Shown piece after piece: positions 29,498 through 40,992 of a DNA stretch of 64,000 bases. Source of the DNA: an uncultured Verrucomicrobiae bacterium (lineage in GTDB: Bacteria; Verrucomicrobiota; Verrucomicrobiia; Limisphaerales; Palsa-1400); NCBI GenBank assembly GCA_963764165.1, contig CAVXRD010000004.1, positions 192,001 to 256,000 of the forward strand. Reading direction: 5' to 3'. The notes under the pieces were generated by a model. The model saw nothing but the letters and a program-made list of their open reading frames with translations. It was not told the origin of the DNA and made no database searches. The number at the start of each line of letters is the position of its first letter. Within the stretch, counting starts at the first letter, position 1. The position numbers were made by a program, and so were the translations under genes.

Positions 29498-30610
29498 ATG
29501 CCTGTCCATCGCTTCGCGAACATTGCTGGCGCCATTCTCTGCTCGTGGCTTCTCGCCGCAAGTGCTGACGCGCAGAAAACCTTTTCCAACCCGCTTCCTG
29601 TCAAATTGGGCGACCCCTTCGCGCTCAAGGCGGATTCTGGAAAATATTTTCTCTACGGCACCGGCGGCGTCGAAAACGGTTTCAAAACGTATTCGTCCGA
29701 CGACCTTGTCAATTGGAAAGACGAAGGGCCCGTATTCCACGGAGCGACGGGCTCTGATTGGTGCACGGGAAATTTCTGGGCGCCCGAAGTCTTCGAGCAC
29801 CATGGGAAGTTCTACATGTTTTACAGCGCGGATTGGAGCGAGAATCCCACTCACGAAAAGGAAAATTTTCGCATTGGCGTCGCCGTTGCCGATCAGGCCA
29901 CCGGCCCATTCAAGCATGTCCAAAACCGGCCGATCTTCGACCCGGGCTATCCAATTATTGACGCTGACGTTTTGTTCAATGACGACGGAAGGGTGTATCT
30001 CTATTTCTCGCGCTGCTGCTACAAACACGCCGTTGAATCCGAAGTCGCCGAATGGGCTAGAAAAAAAGGATGGTACAAGGAAATCGAGGAAAGCTGGGTT
30101 TACGGAGTGGAAATGAAACCGGACTTTTCCGGCGTCATCGGCGAGCCCGTTCTCCTCTTGCAGCCGCCGCTGAAGATGACCGACTCCCAGTCCGAATGGG
30201 AAAGCCGCTCCGTCACCGGGCACGAGGTGAATCGGCGCTGGACGGAAGGTTCGTGCATTCTCAAGCACGGCGGCGCGTATTACATCATGTATTCCGCAAA
30301 CTTCTTCGGCGGCGAAAATTACGCCGTCGGCTACGCCACCGGTTCCTCGCCACTCGGCCCCTTCCACAAGGCGGAAAACAATCCCGTGCTGCAAAAGAAC
30401 ACCGGCAAAGGCGGCATCGTCACCGGCACCGGCCACAACTCCGTCGTTGCCTCGCCCAATGGCAAAGACCTTTACTGCGTCTACCATGGCCGCACCCAAA
30501 CCACCGGCGACGAACGCGTCGTCTTCATCGACAAGCTCGAGTTCGACGGCAAGGGGCGCTTGCTCGTCGACGGGCCCACGACATCGCCGCAGCCGTATCC
30601 AGCGAAGTAA
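29498..30610 (+). CDS. GH43 glycoside hydrolase
   Basis: Signal peptide, GDP, WAPEV, IDA, EG, GHNS (five-bladed propeller catalytic motifs). Confidence 0.9.
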   Translation: MPVHRFANIAGAILCSWLLAASADAQKTFSNPLPVKLGDPFALKADSGKYFLYGTGGVENGFKTYSSDDLVNWKDEGPVFHGATGSDWCTGNFWAPEVFEHHGKFYMFYSADWSENPTHEKENFRIGVAVADQATGPFKHVQNRPIFDPGYPIIDADVLFNDDGRVYLYFSRCCYKHAVESEVAEWARKKGWYKEIEESWVYGVEMKPDFSGVIGEPVLLLQPPLKMTDSQSEWESRSVTGHEVNRRWTEGSCILKHGGAYYIMYSANFFGGENYAVGYATGSSPLGPFHKAENNPVLQKNTGKGGIVTGTGHNSVVASPNGKDLYCVYHGRTQTTGDERVVFIDKLEFDGKGRLLVDGPTTSPQPYPAK

Positions 30611-30856
30611 GAACAAATTGAAACCCAAGACAACTCGACGGATCCAAACGAAAGGACGAAACTTCTTCAAACGGTCTTGCCATTGTGCGCACAGGGCGCG
30701 GTTGGCCCGGGAAACAACATCACCAAGCCCACAGGTTGGGCGTGAGATAAAATTCTTCATGCCGCATGGAGCGCCAACGCAAAGGCGCCGTGAACATTTC
30801 GTTCGGCGGAAGCGTCTGTTGTAAACCACGCGCTTTTTGCGGCTGGTTTTGGAATT

Positions 30857-31522
<666 letters not shown>

Positions 31523-31666
31523 CCGGGCTCGATTTTTGCTTTGGCGATGGCTTCGCATCTTGCTGTTTAGGCAAATAACTGGCATGTAGACTGGAGTCGT
31601 GAGCAATCCGGCCGCGCAAGCAAACAATGCCGCGTGCCGCTCCCAAACAAAAGCGGTACTCGAATT

Positions 31667-32707
31667 ATGAACCAGAAAACGATGCAACTCGGCATGATCG
31701 GCCTCGGCCGCATGGGAGCCAACATGGTGCGGCGCCTCATCAAAAACGGACACACCTGCGTGGTCTTCGATCGGTCGCAGGACGCGGTCAACTCTTTGGT
31801 TAAAGACAAGGCGGTCGGCGCCACGGCGCTGGCGGACTTCGTCAGCAAGCTCGAAAAGCCGCGCGCGATTTGGCTGATGGTGCCGGCGGCCGTGGTGGAT
31901 CAATCCATCGCCGATCTGCTGCCGCTGCTGGAGAAGGGCGATATTCTTATTGACGGGGGCAATTCCTATTATGTGGATGATATCCGGCGCGGCAAGGAAC
32001 TGGCGGCGAAGGGAATTCATTATGTGGATGTTGGCACCAGCGGCGGCGTATGGGGTTTGGAACGCGGTTACTGCATGATGATCGGCGGCGAAACCGAGGT
32101 GGTGCAGCATCTTGATCCGATTTTCGCCACGCTCGCTCCCGGGATCGGTGACGTGCCGCGCACGCCGGGGCGGGAGAAATTGGGTGGGACCTCTGAACAG
32201 GGCTACCTCCATTGTGGCGCCAGCGGCGCAGGACACTTTGTCAAAATGGTCCACAACGGAATCGAATACGGCATGATGGCCGCCTATGCCGAGGGATTGG
32301 GCGTCCTGAAAGCCGCTAATATCGGCAAGCAAAAAGGCGAGTCCGACGCGGAAACGACGCCCCTGCGCGACCCGGAGCATTATCAATACGACCTCAATCT
32401 GGCCGATATTTCCGAGGTGTGGCGTCGCGGGAGCGTCATTGCTTCCTGGCTTCTTGATTTGACAGCCGGCGCTCTGGCGGGCGACCCGCAGCTTTCCAAA
32501 TTCGGCGGGCGCGTGTCCGATTCGGGCGAGGGCCGGTGGACAATCAAAGCGGCCGTTGACGAAGGCGTGCCAACGCCGGTGCTGAGCACAGCGCTTTACG
32601 AACGGTTTGCCTCCCGCGGCGAGGCGGATTACCAGAACAAATTGCTTTCCGCCATGCGCTACGGTTTTGGCGGACATCTGGAAAAGACGGAAGCCAAAAA
32701 AGCATGA
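31667..32707 (+). CDS. gnd: 6-phosphogluconate dehydrogenase, decarboxylating (short YqeC type)
   Basis: [39 protein letters not shown]. Confidence 0.93.
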   Translation: MNQKTMQLGMIGLGRMGANMVRRLIKNGHTCVVFDRSQDAVNSLVKDKAVGATALADFVSKLEKPRAIWLMVPAAVVDQSIADLLPLLEKGDILIDGGNSYYVDDIRRGKELAAKGIHYVDVGTSGGVWGLERGYCMMIGGETEVVQHLDPIFATLAPGIGDVPRTPGREKLGGTSEQGYLHCGASGAGHFVKMVHNGIEYGMMAAYAEGLGVLKAANIGKQKGESDAETTPLRDPEHYQYDLNLADISEVWRRGSVIASWLLDLTAGALAGDPQLSKFGGRVSDSGEGRWTIKAAVDEGVPTPVLSTALYERFASRGEADYQNKLLSAMRYGFGGHLEKTEAKKA

Positions 32708-32736
32708 ACAGGGCCTTAATTTGGTGGCTGAGATTT

Positions 32737-35472
32737 TCAGCGGAACATCGCCTCCACTTTCACGACACCAGCGAGCCCGCTTAGATGAATCGTTCCGGCG
32801 GCGGCATCGAATTTGACCCATTTCTTGCCGTCGACGGTAACTCCGACGATGGGGGCGGAATCGGGATGGCGCAGTTCCAGAAGAACGTCGCGCGGCGATT
32901 GCCGCGATGGTAGATTTACGGTGGCATCAATTCGGCCATCCTTGAGGGCTGAATTGATTTCGTAGCTAACATCGCCAAAGTGGGTGGGCGCGTTTTGGAC
33001 GGTGATTCTTTTCCCATCTTCAAGCCAGGCGCGAGGGGTGGCTCGGGCGAGCCAGAGCGAACCGCCGTCCTCTTCAACGAGCATCATGCGCAGACGCTCC
33101 AAAAAGCAGGCTTCCTCGAAAACCTTGTCGAAAGGCCCGGCGGTCGTGTGTTCGCGAAACTCGTAGCCCTCATTGGGAAGAATATCGACCGCATATTGAT
33201 TGAGCATGGAGCGGATGAAATTCGGCGCATCGCCCGCCTGGATGTGAATGTTGGCGTGGCGTTCCAGACCGCATTGGTATTGCCAACTGGCGTGCGAAAA
33301 CCAATCCCTTTCCGCGTCGAATCCCGGAGTGCGTTCCGCAACGTGATCATTCTCCAGCAACAAACGATCTTCGAGCACATCCAAGTGCCCTTGGACGCGC
33401 GGATCATCGGTGGAAAGCAAGCACGAGGGACTGATCAGCGGGTCCGCGGACTGGACGGTATCCCAATAAAGCGCGCCAATGTGCCCTTGGCAGCGCCGCC
33501 ATCCCCATGCGCCCGAAGCAAACCCGCGCACGTAGGGCGCAAACGGAATGAACGAATGGTAGGTGCCATCTCGCGTGGCAACCACCGGGGTCAGGGTGAT
33601 GGATCGATCAACAGATGCCTCAATGTCTTTCCGATAATCTCGCGCTTCCCGGGCGATTTTGGCCGAGGAGGCGGGATCCACTTGAGCCAGCAGCTCAGCC
33701 ATGGAATTGACAGCCAGCCAGTAATACGCTTCGGACTCATAAAAATCCATGTGCATGACAAAACTGTCCGGCGTGACAACGTGCGCAGGCAGGAGTCCTT
33801 TGCTCCAAAGCCGTTCTCCTCCCGGAATGATGTGCTCCGTCAAACGTCGTTGGCGCAAAATCCACTCGGCGTTGGCTTTCATTCGTGGGGCGTTGGCGGC
33901 CAGCCAATTCGTGTCTCCCGTCAAACGGTAATGTTCGGCCATCGCGAACATAATCGCGCCAGGCCCCGTGCCATGAACGGCGTCCATTTGCCCGCCCACA
34001 CCCGGCGGGCCGACGGCGTGGGTAAACGATCCCACGCCATCGGAAAAAAGTCCGAGAGGCCGATCCGTTTTGGAATTGCCATGGCTGTCCTTCGATGGAT
34101 GAGGCTGCATCGGCAGCTTGAGCCATTGCTTGAGTCCATCGGTGGCCTCCCGGTGCATGCCCATGAGATCAAGGGCGCGAAGTATCATGTAGGTTTCGGA
34201 AGCGAGGATGCCGAAAGGATAATCATTGAAAGAGTATCGGCCACCCTCGTCCTTGACTGCGTGGCGAAGCAGATGCCATGCGCCGAGGTTCCATTGAGCC
34301 GCCAACTCTTTCGACGGGACTTCGATCTTCATGCGCGGAGCAAACGGCGCGGCCGGAAATGCAGGAAAGTTGGTCCAGTGCATGGCCGCGACCGCATCTG
34401 CCCATGTCTGCTCGGAGTGCAGCCGGGTTCGCTGGCGTATGGAAGACAGATGCCTGCCTTCCAGTATTGTCAAATACTGCCGGGCATTGATGGTTTTGGA
34501 GGACAACCCGGCAGCTTCCGCTGGACCGTCCACGGCATGAACAAAAAAACCGAATTCCGGAGCGAGAATCGGACCGTTCTCCAAATCCGCCGCTCGAAAG
34601 GAGAAACTGCCGGCCTTGGTCCATACCGTGATAATCGAACGCGCCACCTCGTCTTCGGGCGAATGATAAGGCCATATTTTCCGCAAAGGCGAGGAGCCGA
34701 TATAGAGCATTTGAAATCGAATTCCATGGACGGAACCGGGTTTGTTGGATGCTTGCCAATTTCGGATGCCGTCAATCTTGGTCCCGCGGTCGCCATCTAA
34801 AGGCGCGAGACCAGAGATTCGAGCATCGTAGGCTTCCAACCGCCCGGTGTAGTCGAGTTCTGCGCGCCTTTCTTCATAACCCCACTCCAATTCGACATTC
34901 ATTTGCTTCCATTTGTCAGGAGCGCAAGCCCGCAATTCCGGCACGGTGAACGATGACGCCACATTCGTTCCACGCACGGAAACCACCACTCCCCAAGTAT
35001 CGACCGGGATTTTATACGAATACACATTTCCATCCGCGCTGATTTGCGGTTTGGTGGCTTCCAACATCAGGCGAGGATTCCACCAGGTGTGCGCGTTGTC
35101 GTCGGCGCCGTCGAAATACGTCACATTTAATTCCTCCGGCTGCGGCTTGTGCGCGGCTCCGGCGGGCCAGCCAACATCCAGATGATCCACATGTCGGACC
35201 TCCTCCCAGAGCAGCCCGCAGAGCGCCTGTTGAACATCGGGCGCGCTAAAATCAAATGGCTGGGTGAAAGACATATCGGCACGTTGCATGAGAAGAATCC
35301 ACGCCTCGGGCGGATTTTTCTCGACCGCGCGATCGGCGCGGCAGAGATAGGCACTGGGGGCGATATCGGCGGGCTGGCCTGGGGCAGCTTCCAAATGGAG
35401 AGTGTCAGAGGGAGCAGCCCCCGCCAGAGCGCAGGCCCCGAGCAACGCAAAGAGGTAATTGATTCGGATCAT
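32737..35472 (-). CDS. Large exported six-hairpin-type glycoside hydrolase
   Basis: Signal peptide from MIRINYLFALLG; EHYRLTGD..WL, LRMMLV.E, PRAWL..G...V..APT.FG.VS are typical of (alpha/alpha)6 GH C-termini. Confidence 0.7.
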   Translation of the reverse strand: MIRINYLFALLGACALAGAAPSDTLHLEAAPGQPADIAPSAYLCRADRAVEKNPPEAWILLMQRADMSFTQPFDFSAPDVQQALCGLLWEEVRHVDHLDVGWPAGAAHKPQPEELNVTYFDGADDNAHTWWNPRLMLEATKPQISADGNVYSYKIPVDTWGVVVSVRGTNVASSFTVPELRACAPDKWKQMNVELEWGYEERRAELDYTGRLEAYDARISGLAPLDGDRGTKIDGIRNWQASNKPGSVHGIRFQMLYIGSSPLRKIWPYHSPEDEVARSIITVWTKAGSFSFRAADLENGPILAPEFGFFVHAVDGPAEAAGLSSKTINARQYLTILEGRHLSSIRQRTRLHSEQTWADAVAAMHWTNFPAFPAAPFAPRMKIEVPSKELAAQWNLGAWHLLRHAVKDEGGRYSFNDYPFGILASETYMILRALDLMGMHREATDGLKQWLKLPMQPHPSKDSHGNSKTDRPLGLFSDGVGSFTHAVGPPGVGGQMDAVHGTGPGAIMFAMAEHYRLTGDTNWLAANAPRMKANAEWILRQRRLTEHIIPGGERLWSKGLLPAHVVTPDSFVMHMDFYESEAYYWLAVNSMAELLAQVDPASSAKIAREARDYRKDIEASVDRSITLTPVVATRDGTYHSFIPFAPYVRGFASGAWGWRRCQGHIGALYWDTVQSADPLISPSCLLSTDDPRVQGHLDVLEDRLLLENDHVAERTPGFDAERDWFSHASWQYQCGLERHANIHIQAGDAPNFIRSMLNQYAVDILPNEGYEFREHTTAGPFDKVFEEACFLERLRMMLVEEDGGSLWLARATPRAWLEDGKRITVQNAPTHFGDVSYEINSALKDGRIDATVNLPSRQSPRDVLLELRHPDSAPIVGVTVDGKKWVKFDAAAGTIHLSGLAGVVKVEAMFR

Positions 35473-35708
35473 TTTCGTGAAAAATCGCAGGGTGCAATAG
35501 GGTGCAATAGACTGCAACATTCCGAACGGGTTCCCGCTGAATTTAAATATGCGCCTTCCCATTCGCCGACTCTTTCGACCAGAGCCGCGTTGGCCTAAGC
35601 TCGTTCCTGTAAGAACCCGTTCTCCTTTGCTGGTCCTCGTTTTGCCCAGATTCTGACATTCCAAATTCTTCATAATGAGGAAGTCTGGCATATCCGCTGC
35701 CAAATAGG

Positions 35709-35790
35709 AAACCTACCAGAGGTTTTCAGGCGCGATTTTTTGGGGGAACGCTGAAAATTGAATCTGAAACGACCGAACTCAGGAAAAGAG
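35709..35790. repeat. Dispersed intergenic repeat (family of 20624-20707)
   Basis: Shares AAACCTACCAGAGGTTTTC and AAAATTGAATCTG. Confidence 0.7.
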
Positions 35791-35847
35791 GCCTTCGCTG
35801 AAAGCTGTCACTGGTCACTCCAAAACCAGCAAATCCACGTCTATTAA

Positions 35848-35950
35848 TATATAATCTCCGAAAATCGGTAACATCCGCTGCATTGTTGATTATAAGGCAT
35901 TTAAACAGCTACACAATCGGTGACAAGCCGGTAACAGATCGGTAACATTT
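35848..35950. repeat. GGTAACA iteron-like block, copy 2
   Basis: Homologous to 4428-4530 (TATATAATCTCC, TGTTGATTATAA.GCATTTAA, repeated GGTAACA). Confidence 0.7.
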
Positions 35951-35986
35951 CGTGGCTTCGGCTGGTTTTCCATTTGCCTCCGGGTT

Positions 35987-37513
35987 CTAGCGAACGCCCG
36001 CGATTGCCCGCAATTCTTGAACCAGAACCGGCAGATTTCGCTTCGCCTCATCAAGCTGTTCCTTCGTCAGGCTCGCTTCGATCGTGGCGATTTTTTCGCC
36101 TGCACGGCTATCCCCATTCTGCGCTGCGAGAGTAAAGAACGGCCATGCCTTCGCCGGGCTTGGAGCGACGCCCTGCCCTTCGAGGTAGATGCTGCCGAGT
36201 TGGGCGAACGAAGCGGCGTCGTTCGACCGGGCCGCCTTCAAATAAATTGAAAAAACTTTGAGAGTCTGGTCGCTTAAGCCAAACCCGGGGGGCATCTCGA
36301 TATTGATGATCGGGCGGTCCGATCCCGTAAATGAGGATGCACTGCTCTTTTGCGGCAGGTTCAGTTGCTTGTCCACATCCGTTAAGGAATAGCGCACATT
36401 GCCGAAAGAATCTGTCCCAGCATTGATGGCGGCCCGGCAATACCACTGCGCGGCGGCAATCGGATCGCGATCGGCGGCCGGGCCGTATTGGAAGCGGCTG
36501 ATAATCTCTCCATAGAGCCATGTGTCGCCAGGGCTAAGCCGCGCCGCCTTGCAAAGGATTTGCGTGGGCCGATCCTGCTCGTTCCGTGGTTCGCCGATGC
36601 CATGCTCGTAGAGCCTGGCAAGCTCATTCAATGCATCGGCGTGATTTTGGTCGGCTGATTTCCGCACCCATTCCAAGCCCTGCTCCTCGTCAAGTTCAAC
36701 CCCTTTTCCTGCAAGATAGCAGCGCCCGAGGCAATACTCCGCAACCGGATTTCCCTTGTCTGCGGAAAGCCGGTACCATTTGACAGCCTCGGGCATGTTG
36801 ATCCACGGCGGATTTGTTGGGTTGTAACCAACGTGTTCGTAACCGTAGCCCAATTCGACTTGGGCGTCCGCATCACCGGCCTCGGCACCCTTGATCAGCC
36901 AATTTCGGGCAACGGCGTAATCCGTTCGGACTCCTTTCCCTTCTCGATAGGCCAAGTAGAGCATGAACATGGCGCGGGCGCTTCCGCGATTTTCCGCCTC
37001 GCGAAAAAGCCGCACCGCCTCCGCCTCATCCCACCGCACGCCGATCCCATCGCGATACATGATGCCAAGCCCGACCAGCCCATTTGCGAAGCCGCCATCG
37101 GCAGCCAATTTGTTGTAACGAAACGCCCTGGCGTCATCGCGCGGCACAATTTTTTCGCGCTGAAAGACCAGGGCCAGATTCGCATACGACGGCATGTAGC
37201 CCCCTTTCCCGGCGCGTTCATACCATGTGACGCCTTTTTGCAAATCGATTCCAAATCTTCCGCTGTCCGTATAACAAAACCCCAGGTAATGCTGCGCCGT
37301 AAGGTCGTTGGCGTTGGCGGCCTGCTCGATTTCGGCCAGTGATTTGCCATCCCATTTTGCCCGGACTTCGTTGAGGGGCGGCCATCGCGGACTCGCGTTC
37401 GTGCCCTCGTCAAAGGCACAGACGACGCCGGCGTGGCACAGAAACACCAGCGCGAATAATCTGAAAAACACGCGACTCAATCGAAAAGCAGTGTGGCGGA
37501 AATTCGGATTCAT
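35987..37513 (-). CDS. Exported Sel1-like repeat protein
   Basis: Signal peptide; repeated AQ..LG..Y..G.GV..D...A..WY..AA..G. Confidence 0.9.
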   Translation of the reverse strand: MNPNFRHTAFRLSRVFFRLFALVFLCHAGVVCAFDEGTNASPRWPPLNEVRAKWDGKSLAEIEQAANANDLTAQHYLGFCYTDSGRFGIDLQKGVTWYERAGKGGYMPSYANLALVFQREKIVPRDDARAFRYNKLAADGGFANGLVGLGIMYRDGIGVRWDEAEAVRLFREAENRGSARAMFMLYLAYREGKGVRTDYAVARNWLIKGAEAGDADAQVELGYGYEHVGYNPTNPPWINMPEAVKWYRLSADKGNPVAEYCLGRCYLAGKGVELDEEQGLEWVRKSADQNHADALNELARLYEHGIGEPRNEQDRPTQILCKAARLSPGDTWLYGEIISRFQYGPAADRDPIAAAQWYCRAAINAGTDSFGNVRYSLTDVDKQLNLPQKSSASSFTGSDRPIINIEMPPGFGLSDQTLKVFSIYLKAARSNDAASFAQLGSIYLEGQGVAPSPAKAWPFFTLAAQNGDSRAGEKIATIEASLTKEQLDEAKRNLPVLVQELRAIAGVR

Positions 37514-37523
37514 GCATTCGTCC

Positions 37524-40500
37524 TCACCTTTTAGGGCTCGTCCCGGGCTTGGCTAGGTTTTCAGTGCGGGCGGATTTTAGAAATGCGTTCCATCGCTTTT
37601 CAATTTCCGCGCCCGGCACCAGCCAATGGCCGGGCTCTTCGTCCAGACCGATGACGACAACCCCCTGCTCCGTCACCAACCATTCGGCGACCGAAGGCCG
37701 GAACGGACTCCAGCCCCGCGGCGCGCTGCCAGGGGTCGACCGGACGAACGGATCAAAGGGCTGGCCAGCTTTCTCAAATCGAAGCGGAACCGTCATTGGG
37801 CCTGGAATGCCCGGGGCAAATCGAAGCAAAGTGGCATTGCGGTCATCCTTGAAAATGACTGGTTCATAAGACTGAAATGGATTCATCCAAAAGTGAAATT
37901 TCCTCGGCTGGACAGACCAGAGATTTTCGTCTTGAAGCGCGAAGGAGGCGACTTCCAGCGCAAATGGATCAGGCCACTGCCATCGCGGTTTCTCGTTCGC
38001 AAAAACCTTTCCGCCGGCGTTTGGATTAGCGGGGTCCACCTGTTCCAGCAAGAGCTCCGGCAACGCGTGTTTAGTTGACACCTCCACCATGCGGCTGCGC
38101 GATATTCCGGGAGCCGGAGCGACGGTGAGAATCCCGAGGCTGCCTTTGGCGGGAAACCTTGCCGGGAAGGTGGAAAACATATTCGTGGGTCTCTCAATTT
38201 TATCCCAGTGGCGCTTTTCCGCGTCGGCGACAAAGAGTCCTTTGGTGGTTTCGACGCCAAGTCTCCCGCCCCAATCGGTCATCACTTGATTGTCGGTGTT
38301 CCAGACCGGGTCCAATTCGTTCACGGGAGAGCGTCGCGAGCTGGCAAGGGTCTGAATGGCTTTTGTGTCCGGATTGATTTCCAGCAGCACATCGGCGTTG
38401 GCGAAATAAACAAAACCGTTCCAGATCGTGACGCCGCCGCAAGGCTCGGTCGGGAGCGCCATTGTTTCCCACGCCTTGCTGGCGAATCTATACCGCGCCA
38501 GTTTGCCGGGCAGGCTGACAAACAGAGAATCATCGCTGACATCGAAGCAAGGCGTGGGGTAGCCTTGCTCCCCGTCTTTCCAGCCGATGGCGGTGGACGG
38601 AGAACCCAAAGCTTGCGGAAGCATCACGGTCTCTGCCTGGCCGGTTTTCAGATCGACCGAAGCAAAAGACGCGGGCGTGCTGGGTGGGATGCCGAAACCG
38701 TTGTCCGCTGTCATATAGAGCAAGCCCCAGACTTTGTCCTGGCGGCAAATGATTCTCAGGAGCCTGGGTGAAGCTCCGACGGTTTTTAACTCATCGACAT
38801 TCCAGCGCTGAAAGTGGACGGGCAGCGGCGGTTCCGCCACCTGCGGCCCGGGCCGCGCCATGTCGAACTGCGGCGGCGCGTTTGTCGCAAGCTGAGATTT
38901 CCCGGCAGCGCGCGCCACCGTGTTGAGAACACCGGGATAATAGCGGTTGCGGGACGAGCGTTGCTTCATCCCTTGCAATGCGGGCAGCAATGCCTCCGCC
39001 TCCTCCCGAGTGAAGTTCGCCGGATCGGACGGGAACAGGAAGTAGGTGAGCGATGTGGTCCAATTGGTTGACTCGGCAATGTAGCAAAGCCGCATGCGCT
39101 GGCGGAAACTCGCCCACGGTTCGAGATGGTAAGGCCCATGAAAATAATTGCCGCGTTTTTCCGCAATTGCCATTTCGGTCTTCGTCAGCAATGGCGCCTT
39201 GTCCGAAGTGTTCAGGAAGTTTGTCCGCTGCTCCCATAATCCCTCGATCAATTTTTCCTCGGCGTCGCGCAGGCTGCTGGTGCCGTCGTTAGGCGCGCGC
39301 AAAACCGAAAGGTAATTTCCCGCCAATCGAATTTCCTCGTTGGTAGACTGGCATAGGCCGGCGATGAACTGCCTGGTCACCTGCGGCACGCGCTTTCGAT
39401 CTTCCCACGTCCAGCCGACGATGCGGGGCACACTTTCCGGAACCGTGCCACGCTCTAACTGCTGCCGGAAGAAGGACTCCGAGTCCTCCGGTTTCTCGAA
39501 CCACAGCCCGCCCTGCTCCCACTCAACCAGTTTTACGCGCTCGAAATCTCGCCGGGATGGCCCGTCGAAGCGCATGCCTTTTGGAGCCGGCCTATTCTCG
39601 ATGATCTGTCCGTAGTAATCAGCGATCGGCGGCATCTGCGAGTCCAAGACAGGGACAAATCGCCGCAGTGAGGCCCGCAATTCAGCCAGTTTCTCTTCAT
39701 TTCCGGCCCGCAATTCAAAAGCGGTATAAAACCCGTCCAGAAGGTCCGCCGTTCTCTCCAGCGATTTCATACCCAAATCAAACCATTCATTGTACATTTG
39801 TGTGGGATTGGTGACAACCAAGGGCATCGCGGCGCAATAAAGATCCAGCGTGCGAATCGAAGGCGACAACAAAGCAGCGTCCGGCACGGCGGGCACGTTG
39901 ATGTTGCCGGACGTCTCGTTGATCGCTCCCAGCGACTCCGAGTAACTGCGAATGCGGAGCACGGCCGTCTGTGGCGCGCGCTTTCCGAGGGCCCAGGCAG
40001 ATTCACTGGCGGATTGCGCTGCTTCATACAGCCCCCAGCGAAGCGCCCACCGGGCTTCATTCTCGTACTGGTCGGCTTCCTCCAATGGCTTCCAAGCCGT
40101 CGCGCCCGGCTTGACGTTCAGGCGGGCCAGAATATGGCTGGCAAGCTGCAGCACCAACCCGGAAACGTTTGTGCGTTCGCCGCTCAATTCGATGTTGATC
40201 GGCGCGCCGCCGTTCGGAGGGACGAGGCGCAAGCTGATTGTTGCCTTGTCCGGGGAATAACCGTCGCGATCAATGGTGCCTTCCACGAGATAGCTTCCGT
40301 TCCAAAAAGAGCTATCGTCGATCGGATTCAGATCCTTCTCGGCGGCCAGGGATTGCATTCGGCGGCGCTCGAGCACAAAGAGGTTGCGTTCCTGGGTCAA
40401 CCGATCTGTCAACAGCAGCGTCAAATTACGCTCCAATTCAATCTCGTCGGGATTTTGAAAGGCGGAGCGCAAATTCACGATGGAAATCGGCACCGCTTCG

Positions 40501-40952
40501 CTCTCGCCGACCAGCAGCTTGCCAAGCATCGGCTCAATGTGGGGCACATAACCATCGGCCCAGCCCGCCGGATCGCGTTTCGGCATGGGAACGCGCTCGC
40601 TGATGAGGACGATCCCTGTTTTAACGGCAATCAGCCGCGAGTTAAGAAACAGGTTCGTGCCAGCCTTGACCGTCTCCAGCACAAGCAAACCGTTGGCGCC
40701 CAGCACCTGCCCCATTCTCAAGTAATCACGGTTGCCCGCGAACAACTCCTGTTCGTGATAAACTTTTTCTACCTCGGCCCGCTCGAGCAATTGAATGTTT
40801 TTTTCACGCGAGAGATCGGCGGTCAGCACATCGGCCACCGTCGCCGTGAAGTCGGAATCCGAAATCACCGCAATTTTGACAGCGTCGCTGGATTGCGCCG
40901 CTAATCGCAGCGCGCATATCCAAACCATCACGATTGGCAATGTGATCTTCAT
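37524..40952 (-). CDS. Large exported protein, tandem CsgG/HfaB-like N-terminus (paralogue D)
   Basis: Signal peptide; QLLERAEVEKV..EQ.L, G..LGA.GLL, ISIVNLRSA, FVLER, FWNGSYL.EG are shared with three paralogues. Confidence 0.75.
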   Translation of the reverse strand: MKITLPIVMVWICALRLAAQSSDAVKIAVISDSDFTATVADVLTADLSREKNIQLLERAEVEKVYHEQELFAGNRDYLRMGQVLGANGLLVLETVKAGTNLFLNSRLIAVKTGIVLISERVPMPKRDPAGWADGYVPHIEPMLGKLLVGESEAVPISIVNLRSAFQNPDEIELERNLTLLLTDRLTQERNLFVLERRRMQSLAAEKDLNPIDDSSFWNGSYLVEGTIDRDGYSPDKATISLRLVPPNGGAPINIELSGERTNVSGLVLQLASHILARLNVKPGATAWKPLEEADQYENEARWALRWGLYEAAQSASESAWALGKRAPQTAVLRIRSYSESLGAINETSGNINVPAVPDAALLSPSIRTLDLYCAAMPLVVTNPTQMYNEWFDLGMKSLERTADLLDGFYTAFELRAGNEEKLAELRASLRRFVPVLDSQMPPIADYYGQIIENRPAPKGMRFDGPSRRDFERVKLVEWEQGGLWFEKPEDSESFFRQQLERGTVPESVPRIVGWTWEDRKRVPQVTRQFIAGLCQSTNEEIRLAGNYLSVLRAPNDGTSSLRDAEEKLIEGLWEQRTNFLNTSDKAPLLTKTEMAIAEKRGNYFHGPYHLEPWASFRQRMRLCYIAESTNWTTSLTYFLFPSDPANFTREEAEALLPALQGMKQRSSRNRYYPGVLNTVARAAGKSQLATNAPPQFDMARPGPQVAEPPLPVHFQRWNVDELKTVGASPRLLRIICRQDKVWGLLYMTADNGFGIPPSTPASFASVDLKTGQAETVMLPQALGSPSTAIGWKDGEQGYPTPCFDVSDDSLFVSLPGKLARYRFASKAWETMALPTEPCGGVTIWNGFVYFANADVLLEINPDTKAIQTLASSRRSPVNELDPVWNTDNQVMTDWGGRLGVETTKGLFVADAEKRHWDKIERPTNMFSTFPARFPAKGSLGILTVAPAPGISRSRMVEVSTKHALPELLLEQVDPANPNAGGKVFANEKPRWQWPDPFALEVASFALQDENLWSVQPRKFHFWMNPFQSYEPVIFKDDRNATLLRFAPGIPGPMTVPLRFEKAGQPFDPFVRSTPGSAPRGWSPFRPSVAEWLVTEQGVVVIGLDEEPGHWLVPGAEIEKRWNAFLKSARTENLAKPGTSPKR

Positions 40953-40992
40953 CGTTCAATTCGGGCCGCGCAAATGACGCCCGGCGACGATC

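Noticed and set aside
32980..34800. 606-aa plus-strand ORF
   Set aside because: Antisense to the glycoside hydrolase; no motifs.
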